Shown here one piece after another: positions 1-10,480 of a DNA stretch of 64,000 nucleotides. A model generated the notes under the pieces. That model made no database searches, was not told the origin of the DNA, and worked only from the letters and a program-made list of their open reading frames with translations. The DNA lies in the NCBI GenBank assembly GCA_045128735.1, contig JBGVRT010000052.1, positions 88,137 through 152,136 of the forward strand. The letters are read 5' to 3'. The translations under genes were made by a program, and so were the position numbers. Each line of letters begins with the position of its first letter. Position 1 is the first letter of the stretch. This stretch comes from Eubacteriales bacterium (lineage in GTDB: Bacteria; Bacillota; Clostridia; Oscillospirales; CAG-272).

Positions 1-342
1 CGCAAAAACCTTAAGTATCTGTCTGAGTCGGGCGTGCTTTCAGACCCTGCGTTTATTGTGAACGACAGACGGATGTACCTGCTCCACCTTTCGGAAAAGC
101 TTGACATTATAGCCGCAAAACGTACAGATAAAGCACGGGCACAGCTTGCGGGTGTTGCCGCAAAGCTTGAAGCCTTGAGTCCGCTTGCAGTGGTGGCAAG
201 GGGCTACGGCGTTGTAACAGATAAGGACGGCAACGGTATTAAAAGCGTTGACGATACAAAAGCAGGAGAAAATATTAAAGTGATAATGAGTGACGGAAGT
301 ATAAATGCAACCGTTGTTGAGATAAAAAAGGAGAAAAGGTAA
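1..342 (+). CDS. xseA: Exodeoxyribonuclease VII large subunit, 3' part (truncated by window start)
   Basis: Frame open from base 1; C-terminal LEALSPLAVVARGYGVV...DG motif; followed by xseB-ispA. Confidence 0.9.
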   Translation, partial: RKNLKYLSESGVLSDPAFIVNDRRMYLLHLSEKLDIIAAKRTDKARAQLAGVAAKLEALSPLAVVARGYGVVTDKDGNGIKSVDDTKAGENIKVIMSDGSINATVVEIKKEKR

Positions 343-566
343 TGGCAAACAAGGCTATGAGCTTTGAGAGTGCAATCGAAAGGCTTGAGGAAATCGTGCG
401 AAAGCTTGAGAGCGGTGACGCTTCGCTTGATGAGTCGATAAAGCTGTACAGCGAGGGTGTTGAGCTTGTCGGCAAATGCAACAAAAAGCTTGACGATACC
501 GAGCTTAAAATCAAGCTTCTTACAATAGACCCCGACGGTGAAGCCTCGGAGTCGGATTTTAACTAA
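342..566 (+). CDS. xseB: Exodeoxyribonuclease VII small subunit
   Basis: FESAIERLEEIVRKLESGDASLDESIKLYSEG; 74 aa; synteny. Confidence 0.95.
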   Translation: MANKAMSFESAIERLEEIVRKLESGDASLDESIKLYSEGVELVGKCNKKLDDTELKIKLLTIDPDGEASESDFN

Positions 567-578
567 AGGAAACAGACC

Positions 579-1466
579 ATGGAGTTTGAGAGTATACTAA
601 AAAAGTACGCCCAAAAGACAGAGGAATATCTGGCGGCTTGCTTTGACGAGTCTGACCGGGATCTTGAAAAGATTTTTGAGGCTGAGAAATACAGCCTTTT
701 GTCGGGCGGTAAAAGAATACGCGCGTATCTTGTTTTTGCGCTTTGCCAAATGTTCGGCAAGAGCGAAAAGGAAGCCGCGCCATTCGCATGCGCCGTTGAA
801 ATGGTGCACGCTTATTCGCTTATACACGATGATCTTCCTTGTATGGATGACGACGATTACCGTCGCGGAAAGCTTACAAATCATAAGGTCTTCGGTGAGG
901 CAACTGCGGTGCTTGCGGGTGACGCCTTGCTGACTAAAGCCTTTGAGGTGGCGGCAGGTAATAAATACGTTTCGGCGGAATCCGCGCTTGAAGCTGTATC
1001 GTCGCTTGCCAAAGCGGCAGGAGACTCCGGTATGGTAGGCGGTCAGATACTTGACCTTGAGGCTGAAAATAACAAAAAAAATAGTATGTCCGACCTTGAG
1101 AAGATACATCTTCTTAAGACGGGAGCTATGATAAAGGTTTCGGCTCGTCTTGGGTGTCTTGCAGCGGGAATCGACAGAAATTGCGAAATAATGCGTGACG
1201 CCGAAAGCTTTGCCGAGAAGCTTGGAATTGCCTTTCAGATAGTTGACGACGTGCTTGACGTGGTGGGCGACAGCAGCTTGCTTGGCAAAAACGTCGGATC
1301 GGATAAGGAAAATCAAAAGCTTACTTATATGAGCTTTTACACGGTTGACGAAGCAAGAGAACTTGCTGAAAAGCTGACAAATGAGGCAATAAATTGTATT
1401 TCAGAATACGGTAATTCGGAAGAGCTTATAGCCTTTGCCGAATATTTGCTTAACAGAGATCATTGA
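579..1466 (+). CDS. ispA: Farnesyl/geranylgeranyl diphosphate synthase
   Basis: GGKRIR, SLIHDDLPCMDDDDYRRGK, FQIVDDVLD motifs. Confidence 0.95.
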   Translation: MEFESILKKYAQKTEEYLAACFDESDRDLEKIFEAEKYSLLSGGKRIRAYLVFALCQMFGKSEKEAAPFACAVEMVHAYSLIHDDLPCMDDDDYRRGKLTNHKVFGEATAVLAGDALLTKAFEVAAGNKYVSAESALEAVSSLAKAAGDSGMVGGQILDLEAENNKKNSMSDLEKIHLLKTGAMIKVSARLGCLAAGIDRNCEIMRDAESFAEKLGIAFQIVDDVLDVVGDSSLLGKNVGSDKENQKLTYMSFYTVDEARELAEKLTNEAINCISEYGNSEELIAFAEYLLNRDH

Positions 1467-1476
1467 GGAGAATTTT

Positions 1477-1947
1477 ATGTACGGAATGCACAGCATACAA
1501 GCATTGCTTGATAATTATTGCATTATAAGCATTGCCTGCGCGTGGATATTGGCGCAGATAATAAAGGTTTTTACGGGATATTTTCAGCAGGATGACTTTA
1601 GTATTACAAAGTTTTTCTGCGGAACGGGCGGAATGCCAAGCGCACACAGCGCAACAGTTATGGCGCTTGTTGTGTCAAGCGCGTGGGAATATGGCTTTGC
1701 AAGCTATACTTTCGCGATCTCTGTGCTTCTTGCTACCATAGTTATGAGTGACGCTATGGGTGTTCGTCTGGAGACCGGTAAGCAGGCAAAAATAATAAAT
1801 CAGATAATTCCCGAGATATTTACGGGAAAGGGAGATATGCAGGCGAACCTTAAGGAGCTTATCGGACACACCCCCTTCCAGGTTATGGTTGGCGCAATTC
1901 TTGGAGTAATTGTTGCGGTGGTCCTTAAGCTTACGGTATACCGCTGA
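1477..1947 (+). CDS. Divergent PAP2 (DUF212) family membrane protein
   Basis: GGMPSAHSA, DAMGVRLETGKQA, LKELIGHTPFQV motifs; ATG 1477 follows GAGGAG RBS. Confidence 0.9.
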   Translation: MYGMHSIQALLDNYCIISIACAWILAQIIKVFTGYFQQDDFSITKFFCGTGGMPSAHSATVMALVVSSAWEYGFASYTFAISVLLATIVMSDAMGVRLETGKQAKIINQIIPEIFTGKGDMQANLKELIGHTPFQVMVGAILGVIVAVVLKLTVYR

Positions 1948-2708
1948 TGCGCGCCGACGTATTTCTTTTCTCAAATGGATATTCTAAAAGCCGTTCTGCG
2001 GCGCAGGCTCTCATTGCGGATGGCGGTGTGAGCGTAAACGGCAGAAAAATAGAAAAGCCATCTGAGAATATAGACGAGACGGTTGAAAACAAGGTAGATA
2101 TAACCGCAGAACAGAAATTTGTGGGGCGCGGCGGCTACAAGCTTGAATACGCGCTTGAAAAATTCGGGATTGACGTGATTGGGCTTACGGCAATAGATGT
2201 GGGCGCATCTACGGGGGGATTTACCGACTGCCTTTTGCAAAGAGGCGCGGTTAAGGTCTTCGCGGTGGATTCGGGCGAGGGACAGCTTGACAACTCGCTT
2301 GCTTCCGACGTCCGAGTAGTGAATATTGAAAAATACAACGCGAGAAATCTGAAAAAAGCGGATTTCAATCAAAAGATAGATATAGCGGTTATGGACGTTT
2401 CGTTTATATCCCAGACACTTATCATTCCGTCTCTTTCTTTGCTTCTTGATGATGGCGCGTGGTTCGTCAGTCTTATAAAGCCGCAATTTGAGGTGGGAAG
2501 AAGCGCAGTAGGCAAAAAGGGAATAGTCAAGAATCCCAAAGACCGTATAAACGCTGTTAAAAACGTGGTAAGCTTTGCCGAAAGCTTTGGCTTTGGCTGT
2601 TTTGGAGTTGCAGAATCGGCAATTACGGGCGGTGACGGAAATATTGAGTACGTGGCGGCATTCAAAAAAGGTGAAAAAAGAAAAATAAATATAGATTTGA
2701 AGAGGTAA
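1947..2708 (+). CDS. tlyA: TlyA family RNA methyltransferase
   Basis: S4-like N-terminus; DVGASTGGFTDCLLQRGA, DVSFIS, LIKPQFE, GGDGNIEY. Confidence 0.95.
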   Translation: MRADVFLFSNGYSKSRSAAQALIADGGVSVNGRKIEKPSENIDETVENKVDITAEQKFVGRGGYKLEYALEKFGIDVIGLTAIDVGASTGGFTDCLLQRGAVKVFAVDSGEGQLDNSLASDVRVVNIEKYNARNLKKADFNQKIDIAVMDVSFISQTLIIPSLSLLLDDGAWFVSLIKPQFEVGRSAVGKKGIVKNPKDRINAVKNVVSFAESFGFGCFGVAESAITGGDGNIEYVAAFKKGEKRKINIDLKR

Positions 2709-2712
2709 TACA

Positions 2713-3573
2713 TTGAGGATAGCATTATTAACCAACTACAATATAGGCGAAAAATCCGCCGCCGCAATGACGGTTGCCGAAAAGCTCGGCAAGTACGACT
2801 GCGAAATTCTTGTTCCGATGAACTATAAGGACAGAATAGAGCGAATGTACCGCAAGCGTCCCAAGGTAAGATTTGAAAACCTGCAGACCATATACGATAC
2901 TGTGGATATGTTTGTCGTTCTTGGCGGTGACGGAACAATTATGGACGTTGCCTGCAAGGCGGCTTTGCGGCAGGTGCCCATTCTTGGCATCAATCTTGGC
3001 AGAGTGGGATATCTTGCCGAACTTGAAATGAGTGAGCTTGATAAGCTTGATGACGTTATGAAGGGCAACTACACGGTAGACAAAAGAACAATGATAAAAG
3101 CCGAGATAATCAGCAAAAGCCGTGAGCCTATTTCGGCATACGCGCTTAACGAGGCGGTTATCTCAAATGGTTCAATTGCCCGCATAATAGATCTTCAGCT
3201 TAGTGAAGGCGGTAAAATTATAAATACATACCGCGCTGACGGTCTTATAGTCTGTACGCCTACGGGGTCAACAGCATATTCGTTGTCTGCGGGCGGACCG
3301 ATTACAGATCCGCGGCTCGCTTGCTTTTGCGTTACACCAGTATGCCCCCATATGATGAATGCAAGACCGATTCTTTTCCCCGATGACGTTGTTCTTGAGG
3401 TCAAGCACATATGCAAGCGCGAAAAAACGCTTTATCTTACACTTGACGGACGTACCAATTATGAGCTTCTTAAAAATGATGTTGTGAAAATATCAAAATC
3501 CGAGCTTTTTGCCTCGATTATTCACGTTGAGGACAGAAGCTTTTACGATAAACTCAGAAATAAGTTTTATTGA
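2713..3573 (+). CDS. nadK: NAD kinase
   Basis: GGDGT, ALNE, ADGLIVCTPTGSTAYSLSAGGP; TTG start after GAGG. Confidence 0.95.
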   Translation: MRIALLTNYNIGEKSAAAMTVAEKLGKYDCEILVPMNYKDRIERMYRKRPKVRFENLQTIYDTVDMFVVLGGDGTIMDVACKAALRQVPILGINLGRVGYLAELEMSELDKLDDVMKGNYTVDKRTMIKAEIISKSREPISAYALNEAVISNGSIARIIDLQLSEGGKIINTYRADGLIVCTPTGSTAYSLSAGGPITDPRLACFCVTPVCPHMMNARPILFPDDVVLEVKHICKREKTLYLTLDGRTNYELLKNDVVKISKSELFASIIHVEDRSFYDKLRNKFY

Positions 3574-3589
3574 TTGAAAGGATCGTAAG

Positions 3590-4045
3590 ATGAAAACACA
3601 GAGACAGCAGGCTATAATGCAGCTTATTTCGGAACACGAAATAGAGACTCAGGACGAGCTTATCGCAAAGCTCAATGCAGACGGATACAAGGTAACTCAG
3701 GCGACAATATCGAGAGATATTCGTGAGCTTAAAATTTCAAAGGTGCTTAGCTCGGGCGGGAAATACAGGTATTCTGTGAGTGAAAATGCCCATTCGGTGC
3801 ACAGTGGAACGTTAAAAAACGCTTACGCATCGGCGATTGTCAGCATTGAAAACGCTGAAAATATTATTGTTGTAAAAACTCACCCCGGACTTGCGCAGGC
3901 AGTAGCGGCAGGAATGGACGCTATGCATATAAGGGGCGTGCTTGGCTGTGTTGCGGGTGACGATACGATTATAACCGTTGCGCGTGATTCGTTTTTGGCG
4001 GCAGAGGCCGTTAAGAGACTGAAAGAGGAAATCACGGCAAAATGA
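3590..4045 (+). CDS. argR: Arginine repressor
   Basis: TQATISRDI helix, C-terminal AGDDT; directly upstream of recN. Confidence 0.95.
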   Translation: MKTQRQQAIMQLISEHEIETQDELIAKLNADGYKVTQATISRDIRELKISKVLSSGGKYRYSVSENAHSVHSGTLKNAYASAIVSIENAENIIVVKTHPGLAQAVAAGMDAMHIRGVLGCVAGDDTIITVARDSFLAAEAVKRLKEEITAK

Positions 4046-4061
4046 ACGAAAGGAGAGCAGA

Positions 4062-5729
4062 ATGCTTCAATCGTTGCATATAGAAAATATAGCGGTAATA
4101 AAAAAGCTTGATATTGATTTCGAAGCCGGATTTTCGGTGCTCAGCGGAGAGACAGGCGCTGGAAAATCAATAATCATTGACAGTATAAATATGCTTTCGG
4201 GTAACCGCATATCACGCGAGCTTGTAAGAACGGGTGAGGAAAAGGCGCTTGTCAGCGCGGTTTTTTCCGACGTGGGCGCAGAAATCCAAAGGCTTCTTGA
4301 GGAGTACGGATTTGAGACCGACGACGTTGTTATGCTTCAGCGCACGCTGTCAAAGGATGGCAAAAGCGTAGTAAAGCTTAACGGCAGAACGGTTACTCAA
4401 GCTATTCAGCGCGATGTGTGCAGGCTTTTGATAAACATTCACGGACAGAATGACAATCAGCGTTTGATGCACAAAAGCGCACAGTTAGAGATACTTGATG
4501 CGTTTGCCGAAAACGACGAGCTTCTCGCTGAATATTCCGAAATATACAGACAGCTTACCGAGGCAAAAAGCCGCCTTGACGAGTTGAATTCTAATACCGC
4601 CGAAAAGGCGAGAATGAGAGACATATACGCATTTCAGCTTGAAGAAATAAACTCCGTAAAGCTTAAGGACGGAGAGGAAGATGAGCTTGAAGCGGAACGG
4701 CTCAGACTCGGAAGCATCGAAAAAATAGAGGAAAAAGTAAATCTCGTTTATCGCGCGCTGTACGCGGGAGATAAGGGCTCGGCGGTCTATTTGCTTGACC
4801 GTTCGGCGGCGGCACTCGACAAAATTGCCGACGTGCTTCCCGAGGTTAAGGAGCTTTCCCAAAAGTTGAACGAGTATAGGTACGAGATAGAGGACATCGC
4901 TCTTACAGTGAGAGATTTTGCCTCGGATTCTGAAAATCCTACTGCACAGCTCAATAAAATTGAGAGTAGACTTGATGCCATCAATAAGTTGAAAAGAAAA
5001 TACGGTTCAAGTGTAGGAGAAATACTCGAATTCCGCGATAAAACCGCCAAGCTGCTTGATGAAATAGATAATTCCGACGATATTAAAGAGGATGTGACCA
5101 ACGAAATCAAACGTCTTGGAAAGATTGCGGTTGGAATTGCAGAGCAGATACATGACCGCAGAAGCGCGGCGGCGGAGAAAATAACCGCAGGGGTTATGGA
5201 AAATCTTGAATTTCTCGATATGCCAAAGGTGAGGTTTGAAGTTTCGGTAAAGTCGCAGACAAAACTCAGGAGTGACGGCGCCGACGACGTGGATTTTCTT
5301 ATTGCGACAAATGCGGGCGAACCGCTTATGCCTCTTGAAAAGATAGCATCGGGCGGTGAGCTTTCAAGAATAATGCTTTCGCTTAAATGCGTTCTTTCGG
5401 ATAAGGACGGTGTCGGTACGGTAATATACGACGAGGTTGACGCGGGAATTTCGGGTAAGACCTCGCGTAAGGTCGGTATAAAGCTTAAGGAAATCTCAAA
5501 GCTTATGCAGATAATATCGGTTACTCACTCGGCGCAGATTGCGTCGCTTGCAGATAACCATTATCTTATTTCCAAGCACGATATTGACGGAAGAACCGAG
5601 TCGCGGGTGGACCTGCTTGACGGCGAGGGGCGTGTCAACGAGATAGCGAGAATTCTTGGCGGTATAAACGTCACAGAGTCGCAAATGAACGCCGCACGCG
5701 AAATGATTGAGGAGGGCAAAAGCTACTGA
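4062..5729 (+). CDS. recN: DNA repair protein RecN
   Basis: GETGAGKS Walker A, ASGGELSR signature, YDEVDAGISG Walker B, coiled coil. Confidence 0.96.
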   Translation: MLQSLHIENIAVIKKLDIDFEAGFSVLSGETGAGKSIIIDSINMLSGNRISRELVRTGEEKALVSAVFSDVGAEIQRLLEEYGFETDDVVMLQRTLSKDGKSVVKLNGRTVTQAIQRDVCRLLINIHGQNDNQRLMHKSAQLEILDAFAENDELLAEYSEIYRQLTEAKSRLDELNSNTAEKARMRDIYAFQLEEINSVKLKDGEEDELEAERLRLGSIEKIEEKVNLVYRALYAGDKGSAVYLLDRSAAALDKIADVLPEVKELSQKLNEYRYEIEDIALTVRDFASDSENPTAQLNKIESRLDAINKLKRKYGSSVGEILEFRDKTAKLLDEIDNSDDIKEDVTNEIKRLGKIAVGIAEQIHDRRSAAAEKITAGVMENLEFLDMPKVRFEVSVKSQTKLRSDGADDVDFLIATNAGEPLMPLEKIASGGELSRIMLSLKCVLSDKDGVGTVIYDEVDAGISGKTSRKVGIKLKEISKLMQIISVTHSAQIASLADNHYLISKHDIDGRTESRVDLLDGEGRVNEIARILGGINVTESQMNAAREMIEEGKSY

Positions 5730-6196
5730 TGACAAAAACAAATGCTATGCGCCGACTTGACGCGGCGAAAATAAAATATGAGGTAAAGGAATATGAGGTG
5801 GACGAAAACGATCTTTCGGGAACTCATATTGCCGAGCAGATAGGTCTGCCATTTGAGCAGGTGTTCAAAACTCTCGTCGCAAAGGGCGAGAAAAGCGGAG
5901 TGGTGGTTTTCTGTATTCCCGTAGACAGAGAAATCGACTTAAAAAAGGCGGCAATAGTTACGGGCAATAAAAAGCTTGAAATGCTCCACGTAAAGGATTT
6001 GCTCGGAACTACCGGCTATATTCGCGGAGGCTGTTCGCCTATAGGTATGAAGAAAAAATTTCCTACCTATATCGACGAAAGCTCGCAGGGCTTTGAGCAG
6101 ATAACCGTCAGCGCGGGTGTGCGCGGAGCACAGCTTTTGCTGAAGGTAGATGAGCTTGTTAAATTTACTGAGGCAAAAATCTGCCAAATTACTTAA
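5729..6196 (+). CDS. ybaK: Cys-tRNA(Pro) deacylase YbaK/EbsC family
   Basis: KTNAMRRLD, VFKTLV, TGYIRGGCSPIGMKK, SAGVRG. Confidence 0.92.
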   Translation: MTKTNAMRRLDAAKIKYEVKEYEVDENDLSGTHIAEQIGLPFEQVFKTLVAKGEKSGVVVFCIPVDREIDLKKAAIVTGNKKLEMLHVKDLLGTTGYIRGGCSPIGMKKKFPTYIDESSQGFEQITVSAGVRGAQLLLKVDELVKFTEAKICQIT

Positions 6197-6202
6197 AAGC
6201 TC

Positions 6203-6231
6203 TTGAAAAAAATGTAATAATGTAGTATAAT
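6203..6231 (+). promoter_or_regulatory. Sigma-A promoter of argS
   Basis: TTGAAA-17 bp-TATAAT. Confidence 0.65.
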
Positions 6232-6269
6232 AAAGTTTGTTTTGATAGACAGTGAAAGGAAAAAGCAGT

Positions 6270-7982
6270 ATGTTAAAAATAAAGGAAATTATTTCCGAGA
6301 AAATAGCAGAGCAGATAAAGGTTATCAATTCCGAGGCTGAAATAAGCGCCGCAGAGATAGCAACAATGCTCGAATATCCGCCCGATGCAAATATGGGCGA
6401 CCTGGCGTTGCCTTGCTTTAAGTTCAGTAAAATGCTTCGCCGTGCACCGGTGCAGATAGCGCAGGCGCTTGCAGATGCTGTGGCAGACGAGTGCATCGAA
6501 AAAATCGAGAACGTAAACGGATACCTCAATATCCGTATCAGTGATAAATATCTTGGTGAAAAGGTTGTCAAGAATATTCTTGATGCAGGCGAAAAATACG
6601 GCTCTCATAGCTTTGGCGAGGGAAAGACGGTCGTTCTCGACTACTCATCACCCAACGTTGCAAAGCCCTTCCATATAGGACATCTCGGAAGTACTATGAT
6701 AGGTCACTCCCTCAAAAAGCTTCACGAGTTTGCCGGATATAACTGTGTGGGAATCAACTACCTTGGTGACTGGGGAACTCAGTTCGGTAAAATGATCGTT
6801 GCCTACAAAAAGTGGGGAGATAAGGACGAGGTAGAGGCAGGCGGAGTCGATAAGCTTGTTGAGCTTTACGTTAAATTCCACAGCGAGGCAGAGGCAGACA
6901 AAGCACTTGAGGACGAGGCGAGAGCCGAATTCCACAAGCTTGAGCTTGGAGATGCGGAGAATATCGAGCTTTGGAAGTGGTTTATTGACGTCAGCCTTAA
7001 GGAATACAGCAAGACCTACGGCTTGCTTGGCGTTGAATTTGACAGCTATAAGGGCGAAAGCTTTTATACCGATAAAATGCCCGCACAGGTTGAAAAGCTC
7101 CGTGAAAGCGGACTTCTCAAGATAGACGACGGCGCATCCATCGTTCCTCTTGAGGATTACGGGATGCCACCTTGCCTTATTCTTAAGCGCGACGGCTCAA
7201 CGCTTTATCCTACGCGCGACATTGCGGCGGCGGTTTACCGCAAGGAGACCTATAACTTTGATAAGGCAATATACGTAACCGCGGCGGCACAGTGTCTCCA
7301 CTTCCAACAGTGGTTCAAGGTGGTTGACCTTATGGGATATGAGTGGGCTGACGAGCTTGTTCACGTTCCTTACGGAATGGTAAGCCTTAACGGTGAAAAG
7401 CTTGCAACGAGAACGGGTAACGTTATTCTTCTTAAGGACCTTCTTGCAATGGCGATTGAAAAGGTCGGCAATATTATCGAGGAGAAGAGCCCTGACCTTG
7501 AAAATAAGCAGGCTGTTGCCGAGTCTGTGGGTGTTGGAGCGATAGTGTTCTATTATCTCTACAACAACAGAATGAAGGACATCAACTTTATGCTTGACGA
7601 TGCGCTCAGCTTCGACGGTAATACGGGACCCTACGCGCAGTATACCTACGCAAGAGCTTGCTCGGTGCTTCAGAAGGCGGGATCGTTCGACGCGGATGCG
7701 CCTGTTAAGATTACCTGCGGCGAAGAAAGCGCACTTGTCAAGACGTTAGCAAGATTCCCCGAGAAGGTTCTCGACGCTATAAAGGACTATGAGCCTTCGG
7801 TTATCACAAGATACATTATCGACGTTGCAACTGAGTTTAACCGCTTCTACCATAACTGCAAGATAATGAATGCAGAAAGCGAAGAGATCAAGAACACAAG
7901 ACTTGCACTTACTGCGGCGGCAAAGACCGTGCTTGGTAATGCGTTTGGTCTTATTTGTTTGAAGAAAGAAGAAAAAATTTAA
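6270..7982 (+). CDS. argS: Arginine--tRNA ligase
   Basis: DYSSPNVAKPFHIGH, GDWGTQFG, FDGNTGPYAQY, DALR-type C-terminus. Confidence 0.96.
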   Translation: MLKIKEIISEKIAEQIKVINSEAEISAAEIATMLEYPPDANMGDLALPCFKFSKMLRRAPVQIAQALADAVADECIEKIENVNGYLNIRISDKYLGEKVVKNILDAGEKYGSHSFGEGKTVVLDYSSPNVAKPFHIGHLGSTMIGHSLKKLHEFAGYNCVGINYLGDWGTQFGKMIVAYKKWGDKDEVEAGGVDKLVELYVKFHSEAEADKALEDEARAEFHKLELGDAENIELWKWFIDVSLKEYSKTYGLLGVEFDSYKGESFYTDKMPAQVEKLRESGLLKIDDGASIVPLEDYGMPPCLILKRDGSTLYPTRDIAAAVYRKETYNFDKAIYVTAAAQCLHFQQWFKVVDLMGYEWADELVHVPYGMVSLNGEKLATRTGNVILLKDLLAMAIEKVGNIIEEKSPDLENKQAVAESVGVGAIVFYYLYNNRMKDINFMLDDALSFDGNTGPYAQYTYARACSVLQKAGSFDADAPVKITCGEESALVKTLARFPEKVLDAIKDYEPSVITRYIIDVATEFNRFYHNCKIMNAESEEIKNTRLALTAAAKTVLGNAFGLICLKKEEKI

Positions 7983-7997
7983 GGAAGGTATATAAAT

Positions 7998-8729
7998 ATG
8001 TCAGGACATAGCAAATGGGCTAATATCAAGCACAAAAAAGAAAAGACCGACGCGCAGAAGGCAAAGGTCTTTACAAAGATCGGTAAGGAGATTTCGATTG
8101 CAGTAAAGGAAGGCGGCGGAGACCCCAACTCCAACGCAAAGCTTCGCGACCTTATCCAGAAGGCTAAGGCTAACAACGTACCCAACGATAATATCGAAAG
8201 AACTATCAAAAAGGCACTTGGCGCAGGCGGCGAAAACTATGAAGAAATCGTATACGAGGGCTATGGCCCCGGCGGAGTTGCTGTTATCGTTGAAACCACT
8301 ACAGACAACAGAAACAGAACTGCGGGTAACGTTCGCTCCTATTTCTCCAAGTATCACGGAAATATGGGTCAGACGGGAAGCGTAAGCTTTATGTTTGAGG
8401 ATAAGGGCGTTATAGTTATCGCTAACGAGGACGGCGACATAGACGAGGATAAGCTTATGGAAACTGCACTTGAGGCAGGTGCAGAGGACTTTATGGCTAA
8501 CGAGGATTCCTTCGAAATCTATACGGTTCCCGAGGACCTTTACGCTATCAACGATGCTCTTGTTGCCGCAGGCTACGCTATTGCTTCGGCAGAGAAGAGC
8601 AAGATTCCTTCTAACTACGTAACACTTGATAACGAGGACGACCTTAAGTTTATGAATCTTCTTATCGAAAAGTTCGAGGAAGACGACGACGTTATGGAAG
8701 TTTACCATAACTGCGAAAATTGCGACTAA
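7998..8729 (+). CDS. yebC: YebC/PmpR family protein
   Basis: MSGHSKWANIKHKK, YEGYGPGG, TDNRNRT. Confidence 0.95.
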   Translation: MSGHSKWANIKHKKEKTDAQKAKVFTKIGKEISIAVKEGGGDPNSNAKLRDLIQKAKANNVPNDNIERTIKKALGAGGENYEEIVYEGYGPGGVAVIVETTTDNRNRTAGNVRSYFSKYHGNMGQTGSVSFMFEDKGVIVIANEDGDIDEDKLMETALEAGAEDFMANEDSFEIYTVPEDLYAINDALVAAGYAIASAEKSKIPSNYVTLDNEDDLKFMNLLIEKFEEDDDVMEVYHNCENCD

Positions 8730-8733
8730 AATA

Positions 8734-8762
8734 AAAACAGCAGAGCGTTGCTCTGCTGTTTT
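8734..8762. terminator. Bidirectional intrinsic terminator
   Basis: AAAACAGCAGAGC-gtt-GCTCTGCTGTTTT between convergent genes. Confidence 0.85.
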
Positions 8763-8771
8763 GCCCTAATC

Positions 8772-9329
8772 TTAAGAGTTTTCCTTGTCCTTACCGTTGC
8801 CAAAGAGCTTGAAGCCTTTACTTCCCGCGTAGTACGCGAGAAAAGCGGTGAGGATAAGGGGTATCATTATAATAAAGTACATAAACCACATTGAATTGAG
8901 TGATACGCCCCCGACCTTGAGCGCAAGCAGTCCGGTGTACATTCCCTCTGTAAGCAGGGCGATTACCTTGGCGACAGCACCTATGGAGCCGCACATCTCA
9001 CTTGTCGGAAAAGCAATGCCAACGGTGATAAGCAGAGCGAGAATAAAGTTTATCACGCTTGCAAAAAGCCCCATGTAAAGCCCCTCAAGCCTTGTTATGC
9101 CGATTTCGCCGCGCTCAATAATGCGGCTTTCCTTGTAACCAAGCTCCCACACTTTTGCGTATATGAGATAGAGATAAAAGAGAATCGCAAATACACTCGT
9201 GCAGGTTTGAAGCGTGGAGTGGTTGGCGGCTGTGGCAAGTGCCAGCGCCATTCCAAAAATTGAAATGGCAAGTTGGGTTATAAACATATGGACAAGATCG
9301 TAGGATCTTCTTTTCAAAAAATCAATCAT
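8772..9329 (-). CDS. Hypothetical membrane protein (about 4-5 TM)
   Basis: 185-aa hydrophobic ORF with GAGG RBS; no recognised motif. Confidence 0.75.
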   Translation of the reverse strand: MIDFLKRRSYDLVHMFITQLAISIFGMALALATAANHSTLQTCTSVFAILFYLYLIYAKVWELGYKESRIIERGEIGITRLEGLYMGLFASVINFILALLITVGIAFPTSEMCGSIGAVAKVIALLTEGMYTGLLALKVGGVSLNSMWFMYFIIMIPLILTAFLAYYAGSKGFKLFGNGKDKENS

Positions 9330-9469
9330 ACTATACCTCGTTGAAATGAGTTGGTATTATTATAACTCTCAAAAAGAAAAATTGCAATAAAAAATATAAA
9401 AGTTTACACTTTATCCACTAAAATATAAATTGTTATTGTATAATATAAGGTGAAAGCCGAGGTGAAAAC

Positions 9470-10480
9470 GTGAATATATCCGAAGAATATGCAGATTTTC
9501 CCGAAATAATCAGAGAGTTTATATCGTATAAGCTTGCAATTCAGGGCTGTTCGGTAAAAACGGTAAGTGAATACTCGCTTGACCTTAAAAACTTCTTCAA
9601 ATATTACCTTGCATGTAAAAGCGGAACACCTACCGATGATGTGTCGCTTTCAAAAGTAAGCATTATGCCTGTAGACCTTGAAATTGTAAAGAACGTCCGT
9701 ACAGAGGATATATATCAATATCTGTTCTTCGTGACCGAGGCAAAGGCTAACTCAAACGCTGCCAAGGCGCGGAAGCTTTCCTCTATAAAGGGCTTTTACA
9801 AGTATCTTGTTGCAAAGAGACGTTATTTTGAGGATAATCCGGCGGTGAATATCGAGTCACCCAAGCAGAAAAAGTCGCTGCCCAAATATCTTACCCTTGA
9901 AGAATCGCTGAATTTACTTGAAACTGTAAAAAACGATAAAGATTCAAAAAGCATTTCACGCGATTACGCTATAATTACACTGTTTCTTAACTGCGGAATG
10001 CGTGTGTCAGAGCTTGTGGGCATAAATATCAGCGACGTTGACCGAGAGCTTCGCTCGTTGCGCGTTCTCGGAAAGGGTAACAAAGAGCGTATAATTTACC
10101 TTAACGATGCTTGTCGCGAGGCGATTTCAGCATATATGGTTGACCGTAGAAACAGAACGTCAAACAGCAACGCACTTTTCTTGTCATCAAGAGACCAAAG
10201 AATCAGCGTAAAGACCGTTCAATGGATGGTTTATAAGTATCTCGATATGTCGGGACTTGAGTCCAAGCATTATTCGGTGCATAAGCTTCGCCATACTGCG
10301 GCAACGCTTATGTATCAGTCGGGCAACGTGGACGTGCGAGTCCTTAAGGATATTCTCGGACACGAACAGCTCAATACAACACAGATATATACGCACGTGA
10401 GCAACGCAAGTATGGAGGAGGCAATGCGCCAAAATCCGCTTTCCGGCGTAAAAAAGAACCAAAAGAAAGGCGAATCATGA
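9470..10480 (+). CDS. XerC/XerD-family tyrosine recombinase
   Basis: [40 protein letters not shown]-like N-terminus; GTG start after GAGGTG. Confidence 0.92.
   Translation: MNISEEYADFPEIIREFISYKLAIQGCSVKTVSEYSLDLKNFFKYYLACKSGTPTDDVSLSKVSIMPVDLEIVKNVRTEDIYQYLFFVTEAKANSNAAKARKLSSIKGFYKYLVAKRRYFEDNPAVNIESPKQKKSLPKYLTLEESLNLLETVKNDKDSKSISRDYAIITLFLNCGMRVSELVGINISDVDRELRSLRVLGKGNKERIIYLNDACREAISAYMVDRRNRTSNSNALFLSSRDQRISVKTVQWMVYKYLDMSGLESKHYSVHKLRHTAATLMYQSGNVDVRVLKDILGHEQLNTTQIYTHVSNASMEEAMRQNPLSGVKKNQKKGES

Noticed and set aside
6197..6269. T-box riboswitch upstream of argS
   Set aside because: The leader is only about 35 nt after the promoter, too short, and lacks a T-box motif.
9401..9430. 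dif-like arm (AGTTTACA) and DnaA-box-like TTATCCACT upstream of xer
   Set aside because: Only partial matches in AT-rich DNA; no second dif arm and no change in gene orientation bias.
9470..10480. Tyrosine recombinase as integrase of a mobile element or of the prophage
   Set aside because: XerC/D-like, embedded among housekeeping genes with host-like composition, about 44 kb from the prophage.
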